A stretch of DNA of 64,000 nt from an uncultured delta proteobacterium. GTDB lineage: Bacteria; Desulfobacterota; Desulfobacteria; Desulfobacterales; JAHEIW01. Below, in pieces: positions 50,721 to 59,918 of this stretch. The stretch's first letter is position 1, and the number at the start of each line of letters is the position of its first letter. The notes below the pieces were generated by a model that had not been told where the DNA came from, searched no databases, and was given only the letters and a program-made list of their open reading frames with translations. Location: positions 96,001 through 160,000 of the forward strand of contig CAVPNL010000006.1 of the NCBI GenBank assembly GCA_963706575.1, read 5' to 3'. The translations under genes and the position numbers were made by a program.

Positions 50721-51464
50721 TTAGGGTACCAGATCTTTTTCCCATTTTTCCACACTCGGGGGCGTCTCGTCCTGCAGCAGAGCCACAAATGCCAGCAGTG
50801 CTTTACGTGCATCTCCGATAGGGTAATAAAAAGCATCCCAGTGCTCGCTATCTTCGCCATCATGAGTGGGAATAACATAGTCGAATTTCCAAGCCTCCCG
50901 CAGCTCGATGATGGCGCTGGCAACCCGCTGCTCGATGTTTTCCAAATCTTTTAGCGACGGATTGATTTTCTGCCTTTTGGTGCGGCGCAGCAGCTTTCTT
51001 CGCATGATATCCGGCAGCAGTTTTCCAAGATCAGTCCGCTGTTGCGGACCTTTAAAGAATACAATCTCTTCGCGGCAAAGGGGCGCGAGAAAAATTTTAA
51101 GCGTCGGAATATCCTTTAGTTCCTTCAATTCACTGAGCTTGGCGGGTATGAAGGGGTTGCCCTCAAAAAAGGCGTCTTTGTTCTGCTCAAGGATCGCTTC
51201 AATACCGGCGATCTCGATAGCCTGTAAATCCCCCCGAACATTCGCCGACGTAAAGCCAGGCTTTTGCGCAAGTTCCTCGATTTGCGCACGCGACCGGAAA
51301 TAGTAGTCCACACCTTCCTGCTCTCCGGGTCGCGGATCACGGCTGTTGTAAAGGACGATCTGCTGCAGTCTTTCCGCCAGTTCTGGATAAAATCTGCGCA
51401 GGGCGTTATAAAGTGGACCCTTGCCGACACACGAGGGCCCCGATAACATAACGAATCGGCTCAT
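50721..51464 (-). CDS. Guanylate-kinase-like P-loop kinase (divergent)
   Basis: LSGPSCVGKG, SRDPRPGEQEGVDYYF, IFLAP; AAAGGAG RBS. Confidence 0.7.
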   Translation of the reverse strand: MSRFVMLSGPSCVGKGPLYNALRRFYPELAERLQQIVLYNSRDPRPGEQEGVDYYFRSRAQIEELAQKPGFTSANVRGDLQAIEIAGIEAILEQNKDAFFEGNPFIPAKLSELKELKDIPTLKIFLAPLCREEIVFFKGPQQRTDLGKLLPDIMRRKLLRRTKRQKINPSLKDLENIEQRVASAIIELREAWKFDYVIPTHDGEDSEHWDAFYYPIGDARKALLAFVALLQDETPPSVEKWEKDLVP

Positions 51465-51576
51465 ATGTAACTCCTTTCTCGGCTTATCTTGCTTGACTTA
51501 TGCGTCGCGTAGAGGATATTTCGCCTCACTTGTGCTTAAACCTTGATCTCGTTTCTGTTCTCACGGTCAGATAACT

Positions 51577-51752
51577 GGTTTCAGGTGTCAGACATAAATG
51601 GGTTTCAGGTTTCGGGTTTCAGGTGTCAGGGCACTGCGCGTCGCATCGAAACCTGAAATCTCTCTGGAATTGATTCAAGCCCATAGGCCTCAAGGCCAAT
51701 GGAAGGCCCTCCGGGCCAATTGCTGACACCTGAACACAGACACCTGAAACCC
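51577..51752. repeat. Inverted heptamer repeat
   Basis: tttcaggtgtcag (two or more copies) ... ctgacacctgaacacagacacctgaaaccc. Confidence 0.7.
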
Positions 51753-51754
51753 TA

Positions 51755-52507
51755 TCATCGTTGATAAAGTATGGTTTTTTGAACCTTGTCCCACAGGTTT
51801 TGATAGGACTTTGCAGCCAGTGAATTTGGTGAGTAGACGGCAACCGGTGACCGATAGATTCCCATTTTTTCAATCTGCGCTAAATAAGGAACAAAGCTTT
51901 GTAAGACGCCCCTAAAATCCTTTGACACGCTAAGCATCAGTTCCCGGTGCATTTTTTTGTGCAGATCCACCATTGAAAAAAAAGGGTAAATCTTAGCGAC
52001 ATCATATCTTTTCTTTTTGCAGAACGCTAGCAATTGGTTATACGTTCGCACAGAAAGCGTGGTGGGGATCATTGGTACAAGGGTGTAGTCAGCAGCGTTC
52101 AATATGTTTTCAGCCAGAATGCCGATGGTAACCGGACAGTCCAGAATTATTAAGCGATATTCACCCGCAAATGGATAAAGCATTTTTTTCAGCCGCTTTT
52201 TTGAATTGCCAAATTTATTATAGAGAACATCTAGCTTGCGAAGCGAGAAATCCGCCGGAAGAATATCCAGGTTTTCAAAATCGGTGCTTTTAACGCTTTT
52301 ATAGACACCTTTGGTCCCCTTGACGAATCCTTTGGGTCCGGACTTGAGTTTGGGCTTTACCCGGAAGTAGTATGAGGTCGAACCCTGGGGATCTAAATCG
52401 CAAATTAAGGTTTTGGCCCCTGTCTGAGCGGCCTGATAAGATAAGTTTACTGCAGCGGCGGTTTTGCCCACTCCGCCTTTATTGCTGTAAAGCGCCAGCG
52501 TTGTCAT
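51755..52507 (-). CDS. ParA/Soj family ATPase (orphan, no parB)
   Basis: KGGVGKT deviant Walker A, DLDPQG, ILDCP. Confidence 0.9.
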   Translation of the reverse strand: MTTLALYSNKGGVGKTAAAVNLSYQAAQTGAKTLICDLDPQGSTSYYFRVKPKLKSGPKGFVKGTKGVYKSVKSTDFENLDILPADFSLRKLDVLYNKFGNSKKRLKKMLYPFAGEYRLIILDCPVTIGILAENILNAADYTLVPMIPTTLSVRTYNQLLAFCKKKRYDVAKIYPFFSMVDLHKKMHRELMLSVSKDFRGVLQSFVPYLAQIEKMGIYRSPVAVYSPNSLAAKSYQNLWDKVQKTILYQR

Positions 52508-54063
52508 GAATTATTCTCTCGGACGTTTGAGGCGAAAAGTTCTTGGAACAGCGCCTGATTTGCGGGCGCTGCAAAGTCCGTGAAGGTTCTGGCAAACGCA
52601 TCTTTAACGGACTGTTTTTCGTGCTCCAATGTTTCAACCAGACCGCCGATTGCCACCAGCGTTTTTTTTAAGTGCTGCTGGCTGGCAGGTAATTCCGCGG
52701 TAATACTTAGGAGATATTCTTGCTGAACACAGAGATCGTTGAAGTCCCCTAGATTGTCCTGTAAGTTCTTTAGCTGTTTAATCAAGGCATTAATTTTCTT
52801 GCGAGGAAAAAGACTGGCGAAAAACTCCATCAAATATCGCAATTTTTTGCACTCAATTCTGAGGACATGCAACATCTTATCTTCGGTGTTTGCCAGAATC
52901 TTGTTGCCCGTTTTAACAACCCCCCTGTACTTCTTATAAATTCTCTGGCGTGCCAGATCAATTACGGGAAGCTCCGCATTTGATGCTGTAACCGAAACGG
53001 GCGGCGGCCTATTTAAAAATGCTTCCCAATCCTTCATAATCGTTGCATATTTTTTGGATTTCAGGCCGCGCATGACGTGCTGAAACGCTTTTGCTCGTTT
53101 TTTGCGCAAATGCCGAAACAACGGATCGATGTCATCCCGCAAGACAGCGGGAAGCATCGCTTTATATGCATCTTGGTTGAGCAGATAGACGTCCAAGTCT
53201 CTTAAAGCGTTGGAGCGTTTACCCACATATGCAAAATCTTTCTTAAATCGATCCGTTGTCCTGGTTGAAAACACATTTTTAATTTGAGCCAAGGCCGAGC
53301 GGGTCCTGCGAATCGCCACTCTGAAATCATGTAAAACCTCCGTATCCAGATCCTTTTCAAAGATGGCTTCGTTTATCCGCATGACATTCAACAAAAAGCG
53401 CAAAACAACTTTGGCGGCCTGATCCGAGCGCATTGCCGGGTCGAGTTGGATATTAACTTTGGCAGAATAACTGCCCGGTTTTTTGTCGACGACCGCCAAG
53501 GCCTTAAAATATATATCGTCTGCTTTACCCAAGGTAAACCCGGCGGCTTCGATTCGCGTGGCTAGATTGCGCGCATATTTGGGATATCCTTTGAAGGGTT
53601 TCAGCCATAAATGATTGGCCAACGCCGTTGTGTTTCTTTTACGCAGCGGGCGAATTTCTTCAAAAACCAATCGTGCTACTGTTTTTTCATCCGGGTTTAA
53701 AATGCGATATGGCGTTGATCGGGATTGGAGCTCAACGAGGTGCAAAAGGGCGCGCATCTTTATAATGGGTGCCAATTGTTCCTTTAATTCACCGGCGGGA
53801 AAATCCCAAATGAATACCGGTATCTTGCTGAATTCTACGCTATGCAAAATTTCGCATTTTGCTAGTTTCCGTAAAAACAGCTTGTTTCCGGATGAATACA
53901 AAATGAGTGATTTATTAAATAAGCGCCAGTCGAACGTATCGCAAATCGTAACCCTCTCGGCACCAGCAGGCTCTTTTTTGATGCTGTATTGTCCGGCCAA
54001 TTGGCGAATGAATTGCTTTTCATCATGGCCGCCCGGTAAGTTGAACTTCAGATTGTTAATCAT
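52504..54063 (-). CDS. CHAD domain polyphosphate-binding protein with a CYTH-like N-terminal region
   Basis: DTFDWRL; LHDFRVAIRRTRS, RDLDV, LHVLRIECKKLRY, LQDNLGDFND; stop overlaps the ParA ATG. Confidence 0.88.
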   Translation of the reverse strand: MINNLKFNLPGGHDEKQFIRQLAGQYSIKKEPAGAERVTICDTFDWRLFNKSLILYSSGNKLFLRKLAKCEILHSVEFSKIPVFIWDFPAGELKEQLAPIIKMRALLHLVELQSRSTPYRILNPDEKTVARLVFEEIRPLRKRNTTALANHLWLKPFKGYPKYARNLATRIEAAGFTLGKADDIYFKALAVVDKKPGSYSAKVNIQLDPAMRSDQAAKVVLRFLLNVMRINEAIFEKDLDTEVLHDFRVAIRRTRSALAQIKNVFSTRTTDRFKKDFAYVGKRSNALRDLDVYLLNQDAYKAMLPAVLRDDIDPLFRHLRKKRAKAFQHVMRGLKSKKYATIMKDWEAFLNRPPPVSVTASNAELPVIDLARQRIYKKYRGVVKTGNKILANTEDKMLHVLRIECKKLRYLMEFFASLFPRKKINALIKQLKNLQDNLGDFNDLCVQQEYLLSITAELPASQQHLKKTLVAIGGLVETLEHEKQSVKDAFARTFTDFAAPANQALFQELFASNVRENNS

Positions 54064-54188
54064 GATTTGATTCTTCAGATAGATATTTTTGGGACACATC
54101 CAGAAGACAAATCCTGGAAATGACGAATGATGACCGCTGAACCTGCTTGTTTCTCTGATATCCGGCTTTACTTTCGCTGAAGCCGCTT

Positions 54189-56435
54189 TTAGACCTTGGC
54201 TTTATTCTTTGATTGCTTACCGATGAGCTCGATAAACATTTCTTGTGCAGCGCATCTTTTTTTACCTTTGCGTAGGCGTCGTCTTACGTATTTACCGTCA
54301 GGCCGCATATCCCAGGCCGAGCAGTTGTCGTTTTCGTAAACTTGCACGGTCTGCTCCAACTCCAGTTTCAGTGTGGGGTCGGTAACGGGCATGATCGTTT
54401 CCATGCGGCGGTCAAGGTTACGCCGCATCCAGTCGGCTGAACCGATGAAGAATTCCGGGTCACCGCCGTTTTCAAACCGATAGATGCGTGAGTGCTCTAA
54501 AAAACGACCGAGGGTGCTGTAAACCCGTATCGTTTCGGATAGCCCGGGGACCCCCGCGCGCAGGCAGCACAGACCGCGAACATTCAGGCTTATGGGCACG
54601 CCTGCTTGACTGGCAAGGTAAAGTTCGCGAATCATACGTGCGTCCTGGAGCTGATTCATTTTGGCCCAAATACCTGAAAGACGGCCTGCCTGGCTGTGCT
54701 GCATTTCGCGATGGATCAAGTCGGTGAAGCTCTCGCGCAAATTGTAAGGAGCGACCATTAGCTTGCCGTAGCCGGGAGAAGGCGTGGCGCCTGTCAGTTC
54801 GTTGAACAAAGCCGCAACATTCGCTCCTAGTTCCGGTTCACAGCTCAGAATGCCCATGTCTTCATAAATTCGAGCAGTAATGGTGTGGTAGTTTCCGGTC
54901 CCCAAGTGAACATAGCGGCGGATGCCGTCTTTTTCTTCGCGGACGACGAGAGCCAACTTTACGTGGGTCTTCAGTCGCTCTACACCGTAGGCAACGTGAG
55001 CGCCCTCGCGCTCCAGTCGTCTGCCCCAGGCGATGTTCGGTGCCTCATCAAAGCGCGCTGTAATCTCCACCAGCACCGCTACCTGCTTGCCCTGCCGCGC
55101 CGCTTCCATCAGCGCCAGAATAATCGGCGAATCACTGCTGGTGCGATAGATGGTCAGCTTGATGGCCAGCACCTGTGGGTCAACCGCCGCACTTTGCAAA
55201 AAATGCAGTATGGAACTGTCGAAGCTGTGGTAAGGATGGTGCAATAAAATATCACCTTTGCGAATTTCGGCGAATATGTCTTCAGAATCGCTAAAATCTA
55301 AGCGTCGCAGACGGGGATGGGTTACCGGCTGATGGGGTGGATCGCGCAGTTCCGGGTAACCCTCCACCTGGAACTTCATCAAATCCGCCAGACTCATCAG
55401 ACCCTTGACAGGTTCGAGATCACTTGGATCAGCCTTGAGTTGCTCGCAGATCCAGCGTTGCAGCTTTTTGGGCATGTTAGCGCTAACCTGAAGGCGTGTT
55501 ACACCGGCAAATTTTCGGGCGGTCAGTTCTTCTGTTACCATGCCGATGAGCCGACCCGGAATAAGATCGGCATTAGGATCTTCCAAAATTGTCCGTTCCC
55601 ACGGGTCATCCTTGGCGACGCGGGTTACGCGGAAAAAATAATACTTAAGGCCGGCTGCCTTGGGGAATAGCAGTCTGAGGTTGGACGCGATCACCTGCTC
55701 CAACGGAACAAACCCTTTGCTGCCGGGCAGAGGGACCCAGCGCGGGCGGTTTGCCGGAACCTTGATGCGCACGAAGCGATTGCGTTTCTTTTTGGTTTCC
55801 TTAACCTCCACCGCAAGGTTGAGCCCCAGGTTGCTGATAAAAGGAAAGGGGTGTGAAACGTCCACGGCAAGCGGTGTCAGGATGGGCTCCACCGATTCAA
55901 GGAAATAGCGCTTCATTTGTTTCTGATGTTGGTTACTCAACTCCGTATATTCTACAATGGGGATTCCGGCCGCTTTCAAAGCGGGTCGAAGCTTATGGGT
56001 CACCAAACGAGAAACGAGGTAAGCCTGTCTATGTAATTCTTCTCGGCAGGCTTGCAGTTCCTCCTCTGGACTTAGCCCGTCGGGGGACAGTTTCTTTTTC
56101 TTTTTGCGTTTCCTTTTCTCTATCTTGCGTTTGAGCCCACCCATACGCTTCATCGCAAACTCGTCGTACAACATACCCATGATGCCAGCGAACTTGACAC
56201 GTTCAAGCAAGGGTAAATGCTTATCTTCTGCAAGTGCGAGCACCCGGCGGGCAAAGCTGAGCCAGCTTAACTCACGGTTGATGAGGGTACTTGGTGAATC
56301 AACATCGATTTTTTTCGGTTTTTCCGCGGTTCTTGATGCCGGTTCTATGGGCATATCTTTTGCAGTAGAAATGCCGGTTAACTGGCCTCCCCTGGCAATT
56401 AACGGTTTTTTGGGCTGATGCTCCTGAGGACTCAT
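54189..56435 (-). CDS. ppk1: Polyphosphate kinase 1
   Basis: NRELSWL, PLLERVKF, HPFPFISN, LHHPYHSF, ARFDEAPNI, GTGNY, GRFLEHSR, SADWMRRN. Confidence 0.96.
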   Translation of the reverse strand: MSPQEHQPKKPLIARGGQLTGISTAKDMPIEPASRTAEKPKKIDVDSPSTLINRELSWLSFARRVLALAEDKHLPLLERVKFAGIMGMLYDEFAMKRMGGLKRKIEKRKRKKKKKLSPDGLSPEEELQACREELHRQAYLVSRLVTHKLRPALKAAGIPIVEYTELSNQHQKQMKRYFLESVEPILTPLAVDVSHPFPFISNLGLNLAVEVKETKKKRNRFVRIKVPANRPRWVPLPGSKGFVPLEQVIASNLRLLFPKAAGLKYYFFRVTRVAKDDPWERTILEDPNADLIPGRLIGMVTEELTARKFAGVTRLQVSANMPKKLQRWICEQLKADPSDLEPVKGLMSLADLMKFQVEGYPELRDPPHQPVTHPRLRRLDFSDSEDIFAEIRKGDILLHHPYHSFDSSILHFLQSAAVDPQVLAIKLTIYRTSSDSPIILALMEAARQGKQVAVLVEITARFDEAPNIAWGRRLEREGAHVAYGVERLKTHVKLALVVREEKDGIRRYVHLGTGNYHTITARIYEDMGILSCEPELGANVAALFNELTGATPSPGYGKLMVAPYNLRESFTDLIHREMQHSQAGRLSGIWAKMNQLQDARMIRELYLASQAGVPISLNVRGLCCLRAGVPGLSETIRVYSTLGRFLEHSRIYRFENGGDPEFFIGSADWMRRNLDRRMETIMPVTDPTLKLELEQTVQVYENDNCSAWDMRPDGKYVRRRLRKGKKRCAAQEMFIELIGKQSKNKAKV

Positions 56436-56929
56436 GATTTCTTTTTTCTCCGATCACCACAATTGATGGAGCGCTAATTTCATGAATTGACGAAGCGGGA
56501 AATATCGAATTGGCAAGAACGCGCGTTTGATAAACTTGCGAGACGTATTGTGGATCGACTTCAGGATTGTCGCAGGTTGTGAAATCAAATTTTTTCCCGA
56601 ATCAATGCTTTATAGATGACAGTCGGATTGAATGTCAACCCAAATTAATAAAGAATGCTGGTAACCCATTAATTTTTAATCGATTTTTTGCATGCTTGTT
56701 TTTGCGTTAAGCCATATAACTGAAAATTTATAAAAATGCAGCCAGGCGTTTACTCAAAATGGGAAGCCATGCAGCATTTGACTTTCTCATGAACCTGCTT
56801 CACAATATCATTAATGCAAATTTATGATTTCGTTTCGCTGGTTGGTTTTTGGCGCCTTTAACCAAATGCCGCAAGTGCGGACAGCCGTTTATTTTAAGCC
56901 TTAAAATTTCATTTAGAGCACTTTTTATC

Positions 56930-57943
56930 ATGGAATCACAATTAAAATTTGCCGCCATTGATATCGGCTCAAATGCCGTCAGACTTTTATTGTCCGGTGT
57001 ATTTGAAGAAGCGCATTCAGCGAGTTTCAGAAAAATGTCGTTGATCCGTATGCCCATTCGCCTGGGTGATGATGCCTTTACTCAAAAATGCATTTCTGAC
57101 AGCAAAGTCTCACAACTTGTCAAGAGCATGATCGGGTTCAAACACCTGATCGAAGCCTTCCAGCCGCTGGATTATATGGCCTGTGCCACATCGGCCATGC
57201 GTGAGGCGGAAAACGGGCCGGAGATATGCAATCGAATTCTCCAAGAATCTGACATAAAAATTAATATTATTGATGGCAAAACAGAGGCGCAATTTATTTT
57301 TGAGAACAAAAGTGCAGATATGTTCGGTGGAAACGATGCCTACCTGTATGTGGACATCGGCGGGGGTAGCACGGAAATTACCCTGTTTTCACAAGGCCGA
57401 ATCATTACATGTGGTTCATTTAACATCGGAACCATACGATTACTGGAGGGCCTGGTATCAAAGGCGTATTGGAAGAAAATGAGACTGTGGCTGAAAAACT
57501 GCTCCGCTCCCTTCACTTCATTGGCGGCGATTGGAAGCGGCGGTAATATTAATAAGATATTTCGTCTGGCAAACTGTAAAAACGGTAAACCGCTTTCGGA
57601 TAACAAGATGATGAAAGTCCGCCGGTTTTTAAAGCATTTTACCGTTGAGCAACGCATCAGGGAATTAGCTTTACGGCCGGACCGAGCCGACGTCATCATT
57701 CCGGCATTGGATATTTATCTTAAGATTATGAAATGGGCCGGTATCCGTAAAATCTACGTTCCTCAAGTCGGCTTAGCCGATGGTATCGTTCGCACATTAT
57801 ATGATAGATATAAAGTTTTATCCATTTTCCTGAAAGATTTCTTTGGCCACACGAAGGCTGTCCATTGCCGCCGGAACACCACAATAAATGGCGGCCTGGA
57901 GGAGAACCTCCATGATATCGTTCTTGCTACAGCCATTGTTTAA
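56930..57943 (+). CDS. ppx: Exopolyphosphatase Ppx/GppA (short form); 3' end reads through into the opposite-strand gene
   Basis: AIDIGSNAVRL, ATSAMREA, DIGGGSTE, DRADVIIPA, GLADG. Confidence 0.9.
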   Translation: MESQLKFAAIDIGSNAVRLLLSGVFEEAHSASFRKMSLIRMPIRLGDDAFTQKCISDSKVSQLVKSMIGFKHLIEAFQPLDYMACATSAMREAENGPEICNRILQESDIKINIIDGKTEAQFIFENKSADMFGGNDAYLYVDIGGGSTEITLFSQGRIITCGSFNIGTIRLLEGLVSKAYWKKMRLWLKNCSAPFTSLAAIGSGGNINKIFRLANCKNGKPLSDNKMMKVRRFLKHFTVEQRIRELALRPDRADVIIPALDIYLKIMKWAGIRKIYVPQVGLADGIVRTLYDRYKVLSIFLKDFFGHTKAVHCRRNTTINGGLEENLHDIVLATAIV

Positions 57944-58192
57944 AGCGCCTTTTATGTGAAGCTTTACCTCGTGAGGTCGATTAAGGGCGGTGAGCATGGC
58001 TAAGTTAAGCAAGCTCCTGGTTTTTCGGTCCAGTCCTGGTCGGGCCCAGACATTACCCCAGCAGTATTCCGTAACGAGCTCCTGTAAAGGGCGACTGAAA
58101 TCGTCTGCCTGTGACATGGAAGCATCCACGTGCTCAGCACCCAGCACCTCCCGGCGAATTTGGAGTCCTTTTTCGAAAAGTTCATTCGTCAT
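57818..58192 (-). CDS. 4-carboxymuconolactone decarboxylase-like protein
   Basis: GLQIRREVLG, EYCWGNVWARPGLDRKTRS, YCGVPA. Confidence 0.88.
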   Translation of the reverse strand: MTNELFEKGLQIRREVLGAEHVDASMSQADDFSRPLQELVTEYCWGNVWARPGLDRKTRSLLNLAMLTALNRPHEVKLHIKGALNNGCSKNDIMEVLLQAAIYCGVPAAMDSLRVAKEIFQENG

Positions 58193-58724
58193 CGTTATTT
58201 CCCTTCTCTGTTGACATACTTTTTTCTTCAAGCGCTTTCATCAAATTCAAAGCGTTATATTTCATCCGGTCCTATTCTTTATCTTTTCCGCTATTTTTTT
58301 ATTTCATATCAGTTAGTTATTTGTTCCGTCAAGCCTTAAATCTCGTTGCAAAGTTACTACTTTTCTCAATAAATCCAGACCTGAAATCACTCCGGGATAA
58401 TGGTGACCTTCGATTTTAATCTACCCAAGGAAATCACCTTTAAAATCAATAAGATTGACTTCAGAATTTATTATGTGGTATCAAAATTTGAAAAATTACT
58501 TACACATTATCTATTCTCGATCTTAGCGGAACTTTTTATCCTGCAATGTCCAATAATCCGCTGAGCCTCTTCTATAATCGGTAAATACTGCCGCCTTGCG
58601 GGATACTTTTTTCTGCTAATTAAATTATTTCCTAATAAAATGGTAAGGGAGGTGATGCTTGTCGATGTAGATAGTTCGAGATGCTAAGATCTTAAATCAG
58701 GAATAAAGCAAAAAGGAGATAAAA

Positions 58725-59801
58725 ATGAAAAAGCTTAAATTGCTATTGGTTTTAGGATTGGCTGTGGTGTTACTATCGGTATTTGTTTTACCTGGCCCTG
58801 CATCAGCAAAATACGTGTGGAGATGGGGAACCTCTGATCCAGCTGCCTATGGTTATCGGGTATCCGCTTTCATGTCAGATTTCCTGCGAAGGGGGATGCC
58901 GGATTACGACGTTACCGTTTACCCATTCGTTTCAACCACCGCCAGCGTCAAGAACTTTCTGGTGGGTGAGCTGGAAAGCACGTATATCGCCGAGCCGGGA
59001 TTCGGAAAATTGTACTCGTTTCAAAAACCATTTGAGGGTTTTGAACCCAACGTAAAGCAAATGCCGGTGCAGTCTTTATGGAGCTACACCATGGAAACGC
59101 ATATATTGACTTTACCGGAGAATAAAGACAAATATCGGTCCTGGCAGGATTTGGACGGCAAGAAAATCTATATGACCAAGGCGGGCTATATGAACCACAT
59201 CAACATTTTCAGAGCCATGAAGGACATCTGTGGTCTGAACATTACGCACGTCGAAGTCGATGCATCAAAAGCTGCGGATGCTCTCAGGGCCGGTACGATA
59301 GACGCCGTGGCAAGTTACACAACGGCTCTGGTATCACTGGCGACCTGGGCCAAGGCGATGGATGTTGCCACCCCCTTGCAGGGAGTGAACCCAACCCCGG
59401 AACAAATCAAGAAGCTTACGGCGGCAGGTTTTGCCCCCGTGAAGATCAACATGAAAAAAGCGTATACCAGAGACCTGGGAGTGAAGGAACTCTATGGCAT
59501 ACCTTTTTTCTTTGGCTACCACCACGGGACCCTTTTCTCGGAAGAGGGCGTTTATAAAGCTCTCAAAGTGTTTGAAGCCGCAGGACCTGAGCTAATTAAG
59601 CTGGACCCCGGTTTCGGACCACTGGCCGCAGACTTTGCCGGGTTCCAAGTCCAGGGGATAAACAGCATTCCCGAGGTTCCGGTACATCCGGGTCTGGCGC
59701 ATTATCTGAAGGAAAAGGGCCTGTGGGACCCGGCCTGGAAAATAGCGACTGAGGGGACGATCAAGGCAGCGATAGAGTCGATGAAAGCGAAAGCGAAGTG
59801 A
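58725..59801 (+). CDS. TAXI-family TRAP solute-binding protein (divergent)
   Basis: Signal peptide, DLDGKK, DALRAGTID, PVHPGLAHYLKEKG; next to a fused permease. Confidence 0.8.
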   Translation: MKKLKLLLVLGLAVVLLSVFVLPGPASAKYVWRWGTSDPAAYGYRVSAFMSDFLRRGMPDYDVTVYPFVSTTASVKNFLVGELESTYIAEPGFGKLYSFQKPFEGFEPNVKQMPVQSLWSYTMETHILTLPENKDKYRSWQDLDGKKIYMTKAGYMNHINIFRAMKDICGLNITHVEVDASKAADALRAGTIDAVASYTTALVSLATWAKAMDVATPLQGVNPTPEQIKKLTAAGFAPVKINMKKAYTRDLGVKELYGIPFFFGYHHGTLFSEEGVYKALKVFEAAGPELIKLDPGFGPLAADFAGFQVQGINSIPEVPVHPGLAHYLKEKGLWDPAWKIATEGTIKAAIESMKAKAK

Positions 59802-59918
59802 TCTTTTTGGGGAAAAGTAAGAGCTAGTTGAGGTTGATAATAGTGGGCTCACCCCTGTAAAACGCCAACAAGGGGTGAGTTCACTACTTCTTGAGTCATA
59901 CCGTTAGGGGGTGAAAAG

